From: the human T2T-CHM13v2.0 reference genome, Homo sapiens | Length of the DNA: 64,000 nucleotides | NCBI RefSeq assembly: GCF_009914755.1 | Contig: NC_060926.1 | Reading direction: 5' to 3' (one strand) | Part shown: in pieces, positions 51,248-63,540 of the stretch | Layout of the letters: every line of letters begins with the position of its first letter | Numbering within the stretch: position 1 is the first letter of the stretch | Notes under the pieces: generated by a model | The model's database searches: none | Told to the model about the DNA's origin: nothing | What the model saw: only the letters and a program-made list of their open reading frames with translations | Position numbers and translations under genes: made by a program

Positions 51248-52512
51248 TTTTTTAATTGTTGTAAAAAAAACACATAACATAAAATTTACCATCTTAACCA
51301 TTTTTAAGTCTCTAGTTCAGTAGTCTAAGTATATTCACATTGTTGTACAACAGACCTTTAGAACTTTTATCTCTTGCAAAACTGAAACTTTATACCCATT
51401 AAACAACCCCCTATTTCCCCCTCCTCCCAGCCCCTGGCAACCATCCTTTTACTTTCTGTTTCTATGAATTCAACTACTTTAGATACCTCATGTAAATGGA
51501 GTCATACAATATTGTTCTTTTGGTGACTGTCTTATTTCACTTAGCATAATGCCCTCAAGGCCATTCATGTCGTAGCATGTAACAGGATTTCTTCCCTTTT
51601 TAAAGCTGAAAAATATTCCATTGTAGGTGTACAATACCACAATATTGTTTTTCCATTTATCCACCAATGGCCACTTAGATTGCTTCTACCTCTTGGCTAT
51701 TGTGAATAATGCTGCTATAAACATGGGTGTACAAATATCTCTTCAAGACCCTGCATTTAATTCTTTGAATATATATCCAAAAGTGAGATTGCTGGATTAT
51801 ACGGTAGTTCTACTTTTAATTTTTTAAAGAAATGCCATACTGTTTTCCAGAGCAGGTGCACCATTTTACAGTCCCACTAGTACTTCACAAGGGTTCCAAA
51901 TTTCTCCATATCCCTACTAACATTTGGTCTTTTCTTTTTTCTTTGTTTTTGATAGTTGCCATCCTCGTGGGTGTGACATGATATCTCATTGTGGTTTGAA
52001 TTTTCATTTCTTTAATGATAAATGATGTTGAGCATCTTTTCACATATGCTTCTTAGACATTTGTATATCATCTTTGGAGAAATGTTGTCTAAGTCCTTTG
52101 CCCATTTTTAAATCATGTTAGTTTTTGTTATTGTTGGGTTTTGCAAATTCTTTATATAGTCTGGATATTAACTCCTTATCAGATATATAATTTGCAGGTA
52201 TTTTCTTCTGTTCTATATGTTGCCTTTTCATTCTATTCATTGTGTTCTTTGACACCCAGAAGTTTTTGAGTGTGATATAGACCCAGTCTATTTTTCCCTT
52301 TGTTGCCTATGCTTTTGACGTCATATTCAAAAAACCACTGCCAAATTCAGTGTAACGAAACTTTCCCCCTATGATTCCTACTAGGTTTTATGGTTTTGGG
52401 TCTTACACTTAGGTCTTTAATCCATTTTGGGTTAAGTTTTGTGTAAGGTGTAAAATAAGGCCTTAGCCTCATTCTTTGCATGTCGATGTTCAGTTTTCCC
52501 AGCACAACTTAT
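51248..52512 (-). mobile_element. L1MA/MB 3' fragment
   Basis: acataacataaaatttaccatcttaaccattttta...cccagcccctggcaaccatc...tctttggagaaatgt motifs. Confidence 0.85.
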
Positions 52513-53201
52513 TGATGGAGCCACTTTTAAATGTCCTTTACACATTCAGAAGTTAATGTTGAGTTTGTTTGTTTTAATGTGTGTTTACAGTATGCTGTCA
52601 AACGTTCTGAAAAAAATGATCAGAGCATGGGACTTTCTTTGTCATTTCTGAGGTTATTTGCATGATTTATTCTGGAATCTACAGGAAAGAAGACTGTATG
52701 GTAATGTGAAAGCAGGCTTCTAGTCTATGAAGGATGAAAATAAAGACCTGGACCCATCTTTTCCTTCCATCCTCTAGAAAGAGACAAGAGGAAAGGTATT
52801 TTACCTTAGGGCAGGAGAAATTTTGGATTAGAGGATATGGAAAATATAACCAAAATAACCAAAAACCAAATAACCAATAATCAAAATATAACCAAAAGAA
52901 AGTTCTGTCAATGTGTAACTGGTAAAGTGTTCTGAAACAGCCTTCATCATTGATCTTTGCAACAGATAGGGTGCCCTCTAACTGAGTTATATAACAAGGT
53001 GGAACTACACTAAGGATTCTTGCTTATGTGAATTTACTTTTCAAGACTCTGCTTAAAAAGCTGATGGAAATTTAGGTTGCTTCACATTCTTTGCTATACC
53101 CAACAATTAGAAAATGAACAGTTTTATTAGATCTCTGCATTGCTTGATCTGTTACACAATCACTTCTATAAATATATCTCTACTTTAAAATCTTAATTTT
53201 A

Positions 53202-53345
53202 GAAGTTCCTCAGCTACGACTACCAGGTACCTCGGCTTCCTCCCTCCTCCGAGAGACCGCCGAGGTGCGGGCTGTGAGAGAGGGAGCGTGGAGCCTCCGA
53301 GGCCGAGGACTCGGTCCCAGTTTGGACAGATAGAAGATGCGAGCG
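53202..53345 (+). other. Non-SVA CpG-rich 5'-transduced leader
   Basis: Lies inside the TSD and upstream of the hexamer; 12 CpGs in 144 bp; absent from the duplicated empty site at 57901-58132. Confidence 0.88.
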
Positions 53346-56300
53346 CTCTCCCTCTCCCTCTCCCTCTCCCTCTCCCTCTCCCTCTCCGTCTCCCTCTCCC
53401 TCTCCCCACGGTCTCCCTCTCATGTGGAGCCAAAGCTGGACTGTACTGCTGCCATCTTGGCTCACTGCAACCTCCCTGCCTGATTCTCCTGCCTCAGCCT
53501 GCCGAGTGCCTGCCATTGCAGGCACGCGCCGCCACGCCTGACTGGTTTTGGTGGAGACGGGGTTTCGCTGTGTTGGCCGGGCCGGTCTCCAGCCCCTAAC
53601 CGCGAGTGATCCGCCAGCCTTGGCCTCCCGAGGTGCCGGGATTGCAGAGGGAGTCTCGTTCACTCAGTGCTCAATGGTGCCCAGGCTGGAGTGCAGTGGC
53701 GTGGTCTCGGCTCACTACAACCTACACCTCCCAGCCGCCTGCCTTGGCCTCCCAGAGTGCTGAGATTGCAGCCTCTGCCCGGCCGCCACCCCGTCTGGGA
53801 AGTGAGGAGTGTCTCTGCCTGGCCGCCCATCGTCTGGGATGTGAGGAGCCCCTCTGCCTGGCTGCCCAGTCTGGAAAGTGAGGAGCGTCTCCGCCCGGCC
53901 GCCATCCCATCTAGGAAGTGAGGAGCGCCTCTTCCCAGCCGCCATCACATCTAGGAAGTGAGGAGCGTCTCTGCCCGGCCGCCCATCGTCTGAGATGTGG
54001 GGAGCGCCTCTGCCCCGCCGCCCCATCTGGGATGTGAGGAGGCCTCTGCCCGGCCGAGACCCCGTCTGGGAGGTGAGGAGGGTCTCTGCCCAGCCGCCCC
54101 GTCTGAGAAGTGAGGAGACCCTCTGCCTGGCAACCACCCCGTCTGAAAAGTGAGGAGCCCCTCCGCCCGGCAGCCGCCCCGTCTGGGAGGTGAGGAGCCT
54201 CTCCGCCCGGCAGCCACCCCATCTGGGAGGTGAGGAGCATCTCCGCCCGGCAGCCACCCCGTCCGGGAGGGAGGTGGGGGGGGTCAGCCCCCCGCCCGGC
54301 CAGCTGCCCCATCCGGGAGGGAGGTGGGGGGTCAGCCCCCCCGCCCGGCCAGCCGTGCCATCCGGGAGGGAGGTGGGGGGGTCAGCCCCCCGCCTGGCCA
54401 GCCGTGCCGTCCGGGAGGGAGGTGGGGGGGTCAGCCCCCTGCCCGGCCAGCCGCCCCGTCCGGGAGGTGAGGGGCGCCTCTGCCCGCCCGCCCCTACTGG
54501 GAAGTGAGGAGCCCCTCAGCCCGGCCAGCCACCCCGTCCAGGAGGGAGATGGGGGGTCAGCCCCCCCACCCGGCCAGCCGCCCCGTCCGGGAGGGAGGTG
54601 GGGGGGTCAGCCCCCCGCCTGGCCAGCCGCCCCGTCCGGGATGGAGGTGGGGGGGGGTCAGCCCTCCGCCCGGCCAGCCGCCCCGTCTGGGAGTTGAGGG
54701 GCGCCTCTGCCCGGCCGCCCCTACTGGGAAGTGAGGAGCCCCTCTGCCCGGCCAGCCGCCCCGTCCGGGAGGGAGGTGGGGGGGTCAGCCCCCCGCCCGG
54801 CCAGCCGCCCCGTCTGGGAGGGAGGTGGGGGGGTCAGCCCCCCGCCCGGCCAGCCGCCCCGTCCGGGAGGGAGGTGGGGGGGGTCAGCCCCCCTGCCCGG
54901 CCAGCCGCCCCGTCCGGGAGGTGAGGGGCGCCTCTGCCCGGCCGCCCCTACTGGGAAGTGAGGAGCCCCTCTGCCCGGCCAGCCGCCCCGTCCGGGAGGG
55001 AGGTGGGGGGGTCAGCCCCCCGCCCGGCCAGCCGCCCCGTCCGGGAAGGAGGTGGGGGGGGTCAGCCCCCCCGCCCGGCCAGCCGCCCCGTCCGGGAGGT
55101 GAGGGGCGCCTCTGCCCGGCCGCCCCTACTGGGAAGTGAGGAGCCCCTCTGCCCGGCCAGCCGCCCCGTCCGGGAGGGAGGTGGGGGGGTCAGCCCCCCG
55201 CCCGGCCAGCCGCCCCGTCCGGGAGGGAGGTGGGGGGGGTCAGCCCCCCGCCCGGCCAGCCGCCCCGTCTGGGAGGGAGGTGGGGGGGTCAGCCCCCCGC
55301 CCGGCCAGCCGCCCCGTCCGGGAGGGAGGTGGGGGGGGTCAGCCCCCCTGCCCGGCCAGCCGCCCCGTCCGGGAGGTGAGGGGCGCCTCTGCCCGGCCGC
55401 CCCTACTGGGAAGTGAGGAGCCCCTCTGCCCGGCCAGCCGCCCCGTCCGGGAGGGAGGTGGGGGGGTCAGCCCCCCGCCCGGCCAGCCGCCCCGTCCGGG
55501 AAGGAGGTGGGGGGGGTCAGCCCCCCCGCCCGGCCAGCCGCCCCGTCCGGGAGGTGAGGGGTGCCTCTGCCCGGCCGCCCCTACTGGGAAGTGAGGAGCC
55601 CCTCTGCCCGGCCAGCCGCCCCGTCCAGGAGGGAGGTGGGGGGGTCAGCCCCCCGCCCGGCCAGCCGCCCCGTCCGGGAAGGAGGTGGGGGGGATCAGCC
55701 CCCCGCCCGGCCAGCCGCCCCGTCCGGGAGGTGAGGGGCGCCTCTGCCCGGCCGCCCCTACTGGGAAGTGAGGAGCCCCTCTGCCCGGCCAGCCGCCCCG
55801 TCCGGGAGGGAGGTGGGGGGGGTCAGCCCCCTGCCCGGCCGGCCGCCCCGTCCGGGAGGTGAGGGGCGCCTCTGCCCGGCCGCCCCTACTGGGAAGTGAG
55901 GAGCCCCTCTGCCCGGCCACCACCCCGTCTGGGAGGTGTGCCCAACAGCTCATTGAGAACGGGCCAGGATGACAATGGCGGCTTTGTGGAATAGAAAGGC
56001 GGGAAAGGTGGGCAAAAGATTGAGAAATCGGATGGTTGCCGTGTCTGTGTAGAAGGAAGTAGACATGGGAGACTTTTCATTTTGTTCTGCACTAGGAAAA
56101 ATTCTTCTGCCTTGGGATCCTGTTGATCTGTGACCTTGCCCCCAACCCTGTGCTCTCTGAAACATGTGCTGTGTCCACTCAGCGTTGAATGGATTAAGGG
56201 CGGTGCAAGATGTGCTTTGTTAAACAGATGCTTGAAGGCAGCATGCTCGTTAAGAGTCATCACCAATCCCTGATCTCAAGTAATCAGGGACACAAACACT

Positions 56301-56484
56301 GCGGAAGGCCGCAGGGTCCTCTGCCTAGGAAAACCAGAGACCTTTGTTCACTTGTTTATCTGCTGACCTTCCCTCCACTATTGTCCCATGACCCTGCCAA
56401 ATCCCCCTCTGTGAGAAACACCCAAGAATTATCAATAAAAAAATAAATTTAAAAAAATAAAAAAATAAAAAAATAAAATAAAAT
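53202..56484 (+). mobile_element. Full-length SVA retrotransposon (SVA_F-like) with 5' transduction, antisense to PDE11A
   Basis: TSD aaaatcttaatttta (53187-53201 and 56485-56499) at a TTT|AAAA L1-endonuclease site. Layout: 144-bp leader, (CCCTCT)n 53346-~53405, Alu-like ~53405-53780, VNTR ~53780-55935, SINE-R ~55935-56440, AATAAA at 56434, A-rich tail. The F-like call rests on remembered diagnostics (gactggttttggtggag, gggccaggatgacaatggcggctttg, aattatcaataaa). Confidence 0.96.
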
Positions 56485-57296
56485 AAAATCTTAATTTTAA
56501 TTTTACATTAAAAAGAAAAGCAACATGTATTCATTACAAATTTGAAAAACACAGAAAAGCATGAGGAAGAAAGTTAAAGCCACCCACCCTTCAGCGATAG
56601 CCCTCCATCCAGAGATAGCCTTTCTCAATATTTTCTTTTGTTTCCTTCATATATGTATATAGATCATGATAGATGGTAGGCAGGTAGGTAGGTAATTGTA
56701 TGTGTGCACGACCTTTTTTTTTTAACAGAGTCAAAATAATACTATGTGCATGTGTGTATATGTATACACTACGTTTTCATTTAATATAACATGAAAATCC
56801 TTTTGTGTTATTTTAAATTCTTTGAAAACATGATTTAACATCTGAATTGGGATATATAGTTTATATGCTTATTCTCTTACTATTTTCTAGAAATTTTCCA
56901 ATTTTTTGATTTCATAAAACACTGTGATCCTTGAAACTTAGTATCTGTTTGCATCCATGATTATTGCCTTCAAGCCAAACCTTAGAAGTAGAATTTTTGG
57001 ATCAGAGATGAAGAAAACTTTAAGAATCTTAATATACCTGTCGAATTCTTTTCTAGAAAAATAACACTTTTTCTAATTTATACTCCTATGTACAATATAT
57101 AAAAGCTCCATCCCAGCTGGTCTTCTCAAACTCTAGATAGAAAAATGATAGGTAGAAAATAGTATCTGTTTATTTTTCATTAACTTTCACTTCTGAAAGT
57201 TGAACATTTTTCTTATATATGTTAATCAACTAAATTTCTTTGCCAATTTTCTGCTTATTTTTCTACTGATTTAAATTGTTTAAAAAATTAATAACA

Positions 57297-57595
57297 GGCT
57301 GAGTGCAGTGGCTTGTGCCTATAATCTCAACACTTTGGGAGGCTGAAGCAGGAGGATTGCTTGAGTCCAGGAGTTTAGAATCAGCCTGGGCAACACAGTG
57401 AGACACTATCTCTACAAAAAATAAAATTCAAACACTAGCCAAAAGTGGTGGCACATGCCTGTAGTCCTTGTTACTTGAGAGGCTGAGGTAGGGGGGATTG
57501 CTTGAGCCCAGGAGTTCAAGGCTGCAGTGAGCTATGATTGCAACATTGCATTCCAGCCTGGGTGACAGAGTGACATCTTGTCTCTGAAAAAAATA
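57297..57595 (+). mobile_element. AluJ element
   Basis: ggaggattgcttgagcccaggagttcaaggctgcagtgagctatgatt diagnostics. Confidence 0.9.
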
Positions 57596-57900
57596 ATTTA
57601 ATAATAAAACTTGATTATATATATTACCAAAAGTCTTAATCTTTTTGCATGGCATATGGAGATCTTTCTGGGGTTTGTTTGTATTTAAAATGTTTAATCA
57701 CAAGATATAAACTAATATAAAACATCTTAAAAAGACAGGAAAAATATTCTAGTGCTCATCCTACACACACAGTATTTGACAAGGTGCCGTACTCTTTAAG
57801 AATGCCAAATTTCAGTCTCATTCCTGCCCCATTCTAGAGCTAAAATCAGTCATCCTAAACAAATTTTGTGATTGCCATTTATACTGGTGAGTTATAGAAG

Positions 57901-58148
57901 TGATCTGTTACACAATCACTTCTATAAATACATCTCTAGTTTAAAATCTTTATTTTAATTTTACATTAAAAAGAAAAGCAACATGTACTCATTACAAATT
58001 TGAGAAACACAGAAAAGCATGAAGAAGAAAGTTAAAGTCACCCACACTTACTGAAGTGTGGTGATAGCCCTCCATCCAGAGATAGCCTTTCTCAATATTT
58101 TCTTTTGTTTCCTTCATATACGTATATAGATCCATCCCAGCTGGTCTT
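57901..58148 (+). repeat. Local duplicate of the pre-SVA target region
   Basis: 57901-58132 matches 53145-53201 joined to 56500-56665; 58131-58148 matches 57107-57124. Confidence 0.92.
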
Positions 58149-59319
58149 ATTTGAGTAGGCATCTGGATTAACCAGACCTGTTGAGCCAGGGGGAATTCAG
58201 AGCTTCTCCAGCCTGCTTCCTGCTCTATTATAAAATGGAGGTGATCATAATAATAATACTTCTCACATCATGTGTTGTGAGAAATAAATGTGATAAAACA
58301 TGTGATGTGCATAATGTAGTGCTTGCCATATAGTACTTAATACCTAATGACAATGATCCTGTATCTGTAATGACTTGATTAATATGACTCCCACTAAGGG
58401 CCTAACCTAGCCTCATCACAGCACTCAAAGGAAGGAGCTGTTGGGTAACTGGGAAGTCTGCATTATTCAAAGACAGTAGAGTCATTTCAGATTGACAATG
58501 AGAGCTTTCACAGCTTTTCTACTATCATTCTTATAGGGCGTGATGCAAATACAAATAAATATCTTAGTTGCCTTTGACAGTGGAATCTAGGTCTCCTTTA
58601 TTTTATATTCCTCTTTTCATATTAATTCTGGAATAGCAGGAAAAATAAAGATAATGCTCTTTGTTGAGAACATGATATAACAGTTTGTGTATAACTTAAA
58701 GTACTGATACTGTAGATACGTGATCTACGTGATTCAAACTTACAATAATGTTGCATTCAAAGAACCACGTTTCAACAGCTACTTTCTTCTGACACTATCT
58801 CCAAATTACAAAAGCAATTTTATTTCTTAATTACATAGCTTGGGAATCCTAGTAGTAACTCTTAACAATACTTTCCTACTTTCTGTTCTCTCCTTCCCAT
58901 TTTTTTTTTGCACCTTTTCCAGACTCTCCAGAGCTCAATTTGCTAGAGTTCCCCAGGAATGTCTTGCCTTCACTCTTTCTTACCTCTTGTTTTAGCTCTC
59001 CTTCTTCTTTACCTTTATAACTCACTTTTGCTTAGTTATTTCTCTCATCTTCTGCTACCTGGGTTCTGCCCATCTCTGTCTATGCTTTAGTCTTCATCCT
59101 CAAAGTCTGGTATCTGGTCTAAAAATGACAAAATCTCCCTGAAGTCACAGGGCAGCGTACATCTAAGTAGGCATGACCAGGCTATTATCCTCAGTATTAA
59201 TAGTCTAGCCTAGGAGAGAATGAGGGGCAGAGATTTTCAGGATGGGGAGAAATGGGAAGAAAAGGATATGGGGAGTTGTGACATCCATGTCAATACCATG
59301 TTAATAATGCTTCGTCCTT

Positions 59320-59644
<325 letters not shown>

Positions 59645-60134
59645 TTAATATTCTGTTTTTACAGATGAAGAAACTGTGATATAGACAATTAACATTATTG
59701 ATATATGCAAACACAACTAATATTTTACCAATTCAAGTCTGTGTAACTTTCCTGTTGTGAATCTTTTATGTTAGATAGAAATGTTCCTCTGAGCTAAGTG
59801 TAAACAAGTTTTACTTAAAAAAAAGTATGAACAGAAATAAAATGAGAAGTCTTATACAAAAGTGAAGGAAAGAAGAATGATATTTATAAGGAGCCAGGTG
59901 TCCCTATGGTCTAACTGAACAACTAATTTCAACTTGGGCAATTTTAGTTGCCTGGCTAAGTACATGAGGCTTTAATAGCTGGATTCTAGTGAAAGTTTAT
60001 TATGACAGTATCTTCTTGATCACTGAATATGAGAATGTCTTAAATTTAATAAGTGTTTTCCATAACTTATCAATGGAATTCAATGACACAAAATGTTGAG
60101 AAAGATAGTTTATATTTTTTTCAGGTGTTGTTAT

Positions 60135-60580
60135 TGTCAAGACAGTGAAGAATCTAAAATCCTACCCCACTTGAAATCATCTAGTTAGCTTGTCATAATT
60201 TTATGGATGGTGACAGAAGGCATGAGATTCCTGGGTCAGAGACAAAGAACTTTACTTCTTAGAGTAATAGTGGTAATGAGAGTATCAGCATTTGTGAAGG
60301 TTTTCTGAGACTCAATCCCAAAGGGCAATGCAAGTGGGATATGTGACACCTGTTCATGCAATGGGCAGTGCTATGGGGGAGGAATTCTGAGCATTATGGA
60401 AGAGCCCAACTCTTCTATAATGGGCAGTAAGCTTACCTGACAGTAAACCCCAGAGGAAGATATTATCTTCATCGTACTTGGCAGAAACAAACTTGCCTTT
60501 TCCTCAGAGAGAAGTATTATCTTTATCTTCCAAGGTTATTTTCTTTGCAAACATTCTTAGAGGATTGTTTAGGGGAAAAA
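60135..60580 (-). mobile_element. ERVL LTR (LTR40-like) fragment
   Basis: Reverse-complement similarity to the LTR at 16120-16592 (atggatggtgacagaagg...tcctgggtcagagacaaagaac). Confidence 0.6.
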
Positions 60581-60589
60581 AAGGCAATT

Positions 60590-60710
60590 TTTAAAAAATA
60601 CTTTAAGTTCTAGGGTACATGTGCACAACGTGCAGGTTTGTTACATAGGTGTACATGTGCCATGTTGGTTTGCTGCACCCATCAACCTGTCATTTACATT
60701 AGGTATTTCC
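60590..60710 (-). mobile_element. Short L1PA 3'-end fragment
   Basis: atactttaagttctagggtacatgtgcacaacgtgcaggtttgttacatagg. Confidence 0.88.
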
Positions 60711-62749
60711 ATATGAAGATCTTTCTTAACTCACCTCCTGCCACTTCTCACCACCTAAACTTCCTCATTTATAGTTTGTTCCCACCATATTAAATGTCTT
60801 GCCATTACATGACAAAGTAGACTCTTTTATGACTGTTTATTCCATGCCCTCTATTTAGAAGGCCATTCTTCCACTTTCCACCTAAGAGACTCCTACTTAT
60901 ATTCCAAGGATTAAGTATCCCTTCCTGGAACAGACTTCTGTTATTTTTGCTTGATAGCATCCATTCCACTTTCTTCCAGTAATTGCACTTTGATTTCTCT
61001 TTGGGAATTACCCTTCCCTCATTGCATACAGTTTTGATTGCACTGTAAATCAAAGTGCCTCCCCTGTCTTATCTAAGTGGTAGGCATGTGGCCCACACCG
61101 GATTTTCTCTTGTGAATCTTGAGGGAGGCAACACAAGGACAGAAAACATTTGGAGTCAATTCATCCTATAGTAACTCCCCCTAGGAACTGTCCTTTAGTT
61201 TCTGATACCTAGATGCTCAGAACTCAGCAGTTTGGGTACTTTCTGAGGCCTGGTTCAGCTTTCTTTCTTTTATTCTTTTTCTGTCAGAAACCCATATCCT
61301 TCCAGGAAACTGATCCCTCTTTATTTTCTTTCTTTTGGCTTGTTATCTTGAAGAGGTTGCTGTTACTTGTAACTGAACAGGTGATATTAATAACTTACAT
61401 TCTTGCTTCTTGCAGCCCTTTTCAACTCTCTCAGAGGTCTCTGCCATCTTTCTGTGGTTCGCCCCCACTCTGTACATTGCACTTACACTATATTATAGTT
61501 ATTAGTTTTCTATTTCCCCTCTCATATGTGATTCCCTGACAGGCAATTACTGCTTTTCCTGGAATGCCTAACACAGAACCTGAGACATTTTAGACAGTCA
61601 TAAATGTGGGCTTAATTTAAAATGATTATTAAGCTTCACAACTCAACCATCATTTGTCTTCCTGAAAAGCAGGAAAATATTTCAGATTTGTTGCCAAACC
61701 TCTGTGAGTATGTTAGTTTGGCTTAAATTAAAAGCAAAGTCCATCAAAGCCACGGAAATGAAATAGGCAGGTAACTCATGAACTCAGGTGTAGAAATTTT
61801 ATAAGATAGAAAAATGTGAAACAACAGACAAGGGCCTAGCTGTCACAAAACTATAATCTCCATCAGAAACAAACAAACAAATAAAAATTCCAAGAATGAT
61901 GCTGAAGCACATTAGAAAGAAGGGCAACTTTATCACAGAGCTTCCTGGTGAGGTTCCTACAATTAAAAAAGCCAATGTAAAGATTAAAGGCATAAACATA
62001 ATCTGCATGCATTTTTCATTCCAAATAGAAAATCACTTTCATCATAATATATTCACAAAGAAAAACTGAGAAATCCCTTAGCCAGAAGGAAAGAAAAGTG
62101 AATATCATAATGTTTTAAAGAAAAGTGAATATCCTGTTTTTAAGAAAAGTTAACATCATACAAGTTACATTATATCTTTCTGAAAATTTATTTTCTCCAG
62201 ACTGAGAAAGCATTATGACTAAAGCATAGATACTAGGAAAATAATCAGTTCCAATTTTTTTCATTAATGTTGAGTACAAGCTGCTACTTCAAAAATATCT
62301 TCATCAGATTTAAATTATTCTGTAACTCCATTCCCTATTTCCCATCTCCTAAAATGATGTTAATTTATCATTCTCAGGAATGCATTCTCATCATCTTAGA
62401 GGAAATTGTAATTAAATAAACCCTTGGTGAGTTCATCCCTGAGGTGAACATGAGGTGAGTACAAATCCTTCTAATTCCCATGGAAATTCCCAAAAGTGAG
62501 AAGATAAGTGCCCAGATTGCCAGAGATCTCCTTTAGAAAAGGATAGTTCGCAAACTAAGGTTATTTTTCGGAAAACTGCTTGCAAAATCGAATAATGCTA
62601 GAGTACCAAATAGAAAAATCTGAATATGTAATTGGGCATCAATTTGCAAATATGCCTTAGTGGAAAGCTTTACAAATGGAAACTTTATCATGGGATTTCA
62701 CTTCCTTTACTTGGTGAAAGGCATACTAGTGACTGTATATTATTTCCCA

Positions 62750-62871
62750 TCTAGAATGCTCTTTCCTATTCTCTTTGAAATCCTGAATCCTACAGATTCT
62801 TATGTGTTCTGGTCTATAATGCTTCCCTGTTTCCTTTGAAGTCCTCAATCCTACAGATTCTTATGTGTTCT
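62750..62871. repeat. ~62-bp tandem duplication
   Basis: tcta(g/t)aatgct...ctttgaa(a/g)tcct(g/c)aatcctacagattcttatgtgttct occurs twice. Confidence 0.88.
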
Positions 62872-63379
62872 TAGCCTTGTAAAATGTCAGAGGCTGTTCA
62901 TTCTATAACTCCACTATCAGCCAAGTACTTCTAATGGGGGGGAAATGTTACTTACAATTAACTTCTTTAGTTATAGCACAATTACTCATTTCCATCATTC
63001 TTACAGCATATCAAGTATCCTCCATAAAAGAGCCCAAGAGAGAGGTCCTTTTCAGGTTTATTGTATTTGAAAAGTCACTCGTAATATAAAAATCAGAAAG
63101 CTTTTCTGAGATGGACTGGTAATTAGAGCAGCAGACAAAATGCTGGAAGATTCAATAGTTCTTGAAGTCAGTTCCAGATTTGGACAGCTTCTTTGTACAT
63201 CAGCCTCCATTTGACAAAATGAAGAAAGACAGAACAGCAGTGCACATATATAATGATATTTCAATAGAAAAAGGGATTTCATTGCCCAGGGGGAAGAGAA
63301 TCAAGTGCCCCTTAGTTAATGCAAGACACACGATTCCCCAGTAAGGCCATTCTGGAATTTATCAAAAACATTGCTCTGT

Positions 63380-63540
63380 GCAAATGGTTCTTAACCTGGC
63401 TACACTTTAAAATTACCCAGGGAGAGTTAAAACAAAGTAAAACCCAGTAAACCTGGTCTCCACCCCCAGGGGATCTGAGAATCTGATTCAATTGGTCTGG
63501 GGTGGGATGAATCTAATATGCAGCCAGGGTTGAGGAGCTC
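63380..63540. mobile_element. MER5-like hAT DNA transposon remnant
   Basis: tggttcttaacctggctacact...tctgattcaattggtctggggtggg...tctaatatgcagccagggttgag. Confidence 0.7.

Noticed and set aside
53202-53780. SVA_F1 (MAST2 exon fusion)
   Set aside because: The hexamer and complete Alu-like domain are retained, whereas SVA_F1 replaces them with the MAST2 exon.
54250-55935. Regularly spaced repeats resembling a CRISPR array
   Set aside because: There are no unique spacers and no cas genes, the context is eukaryotic, and the sequence is the SVA VNTR.
53185-56446. Many overlapping Pro/Gly/Arg-rich ORFs of up to 180 aa
   Set aside because: They are translations of the GC-rich SVA hexamer, Alu-like, VNTR and SINE-R regions, where stop codons are scarce. 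They are not genes.
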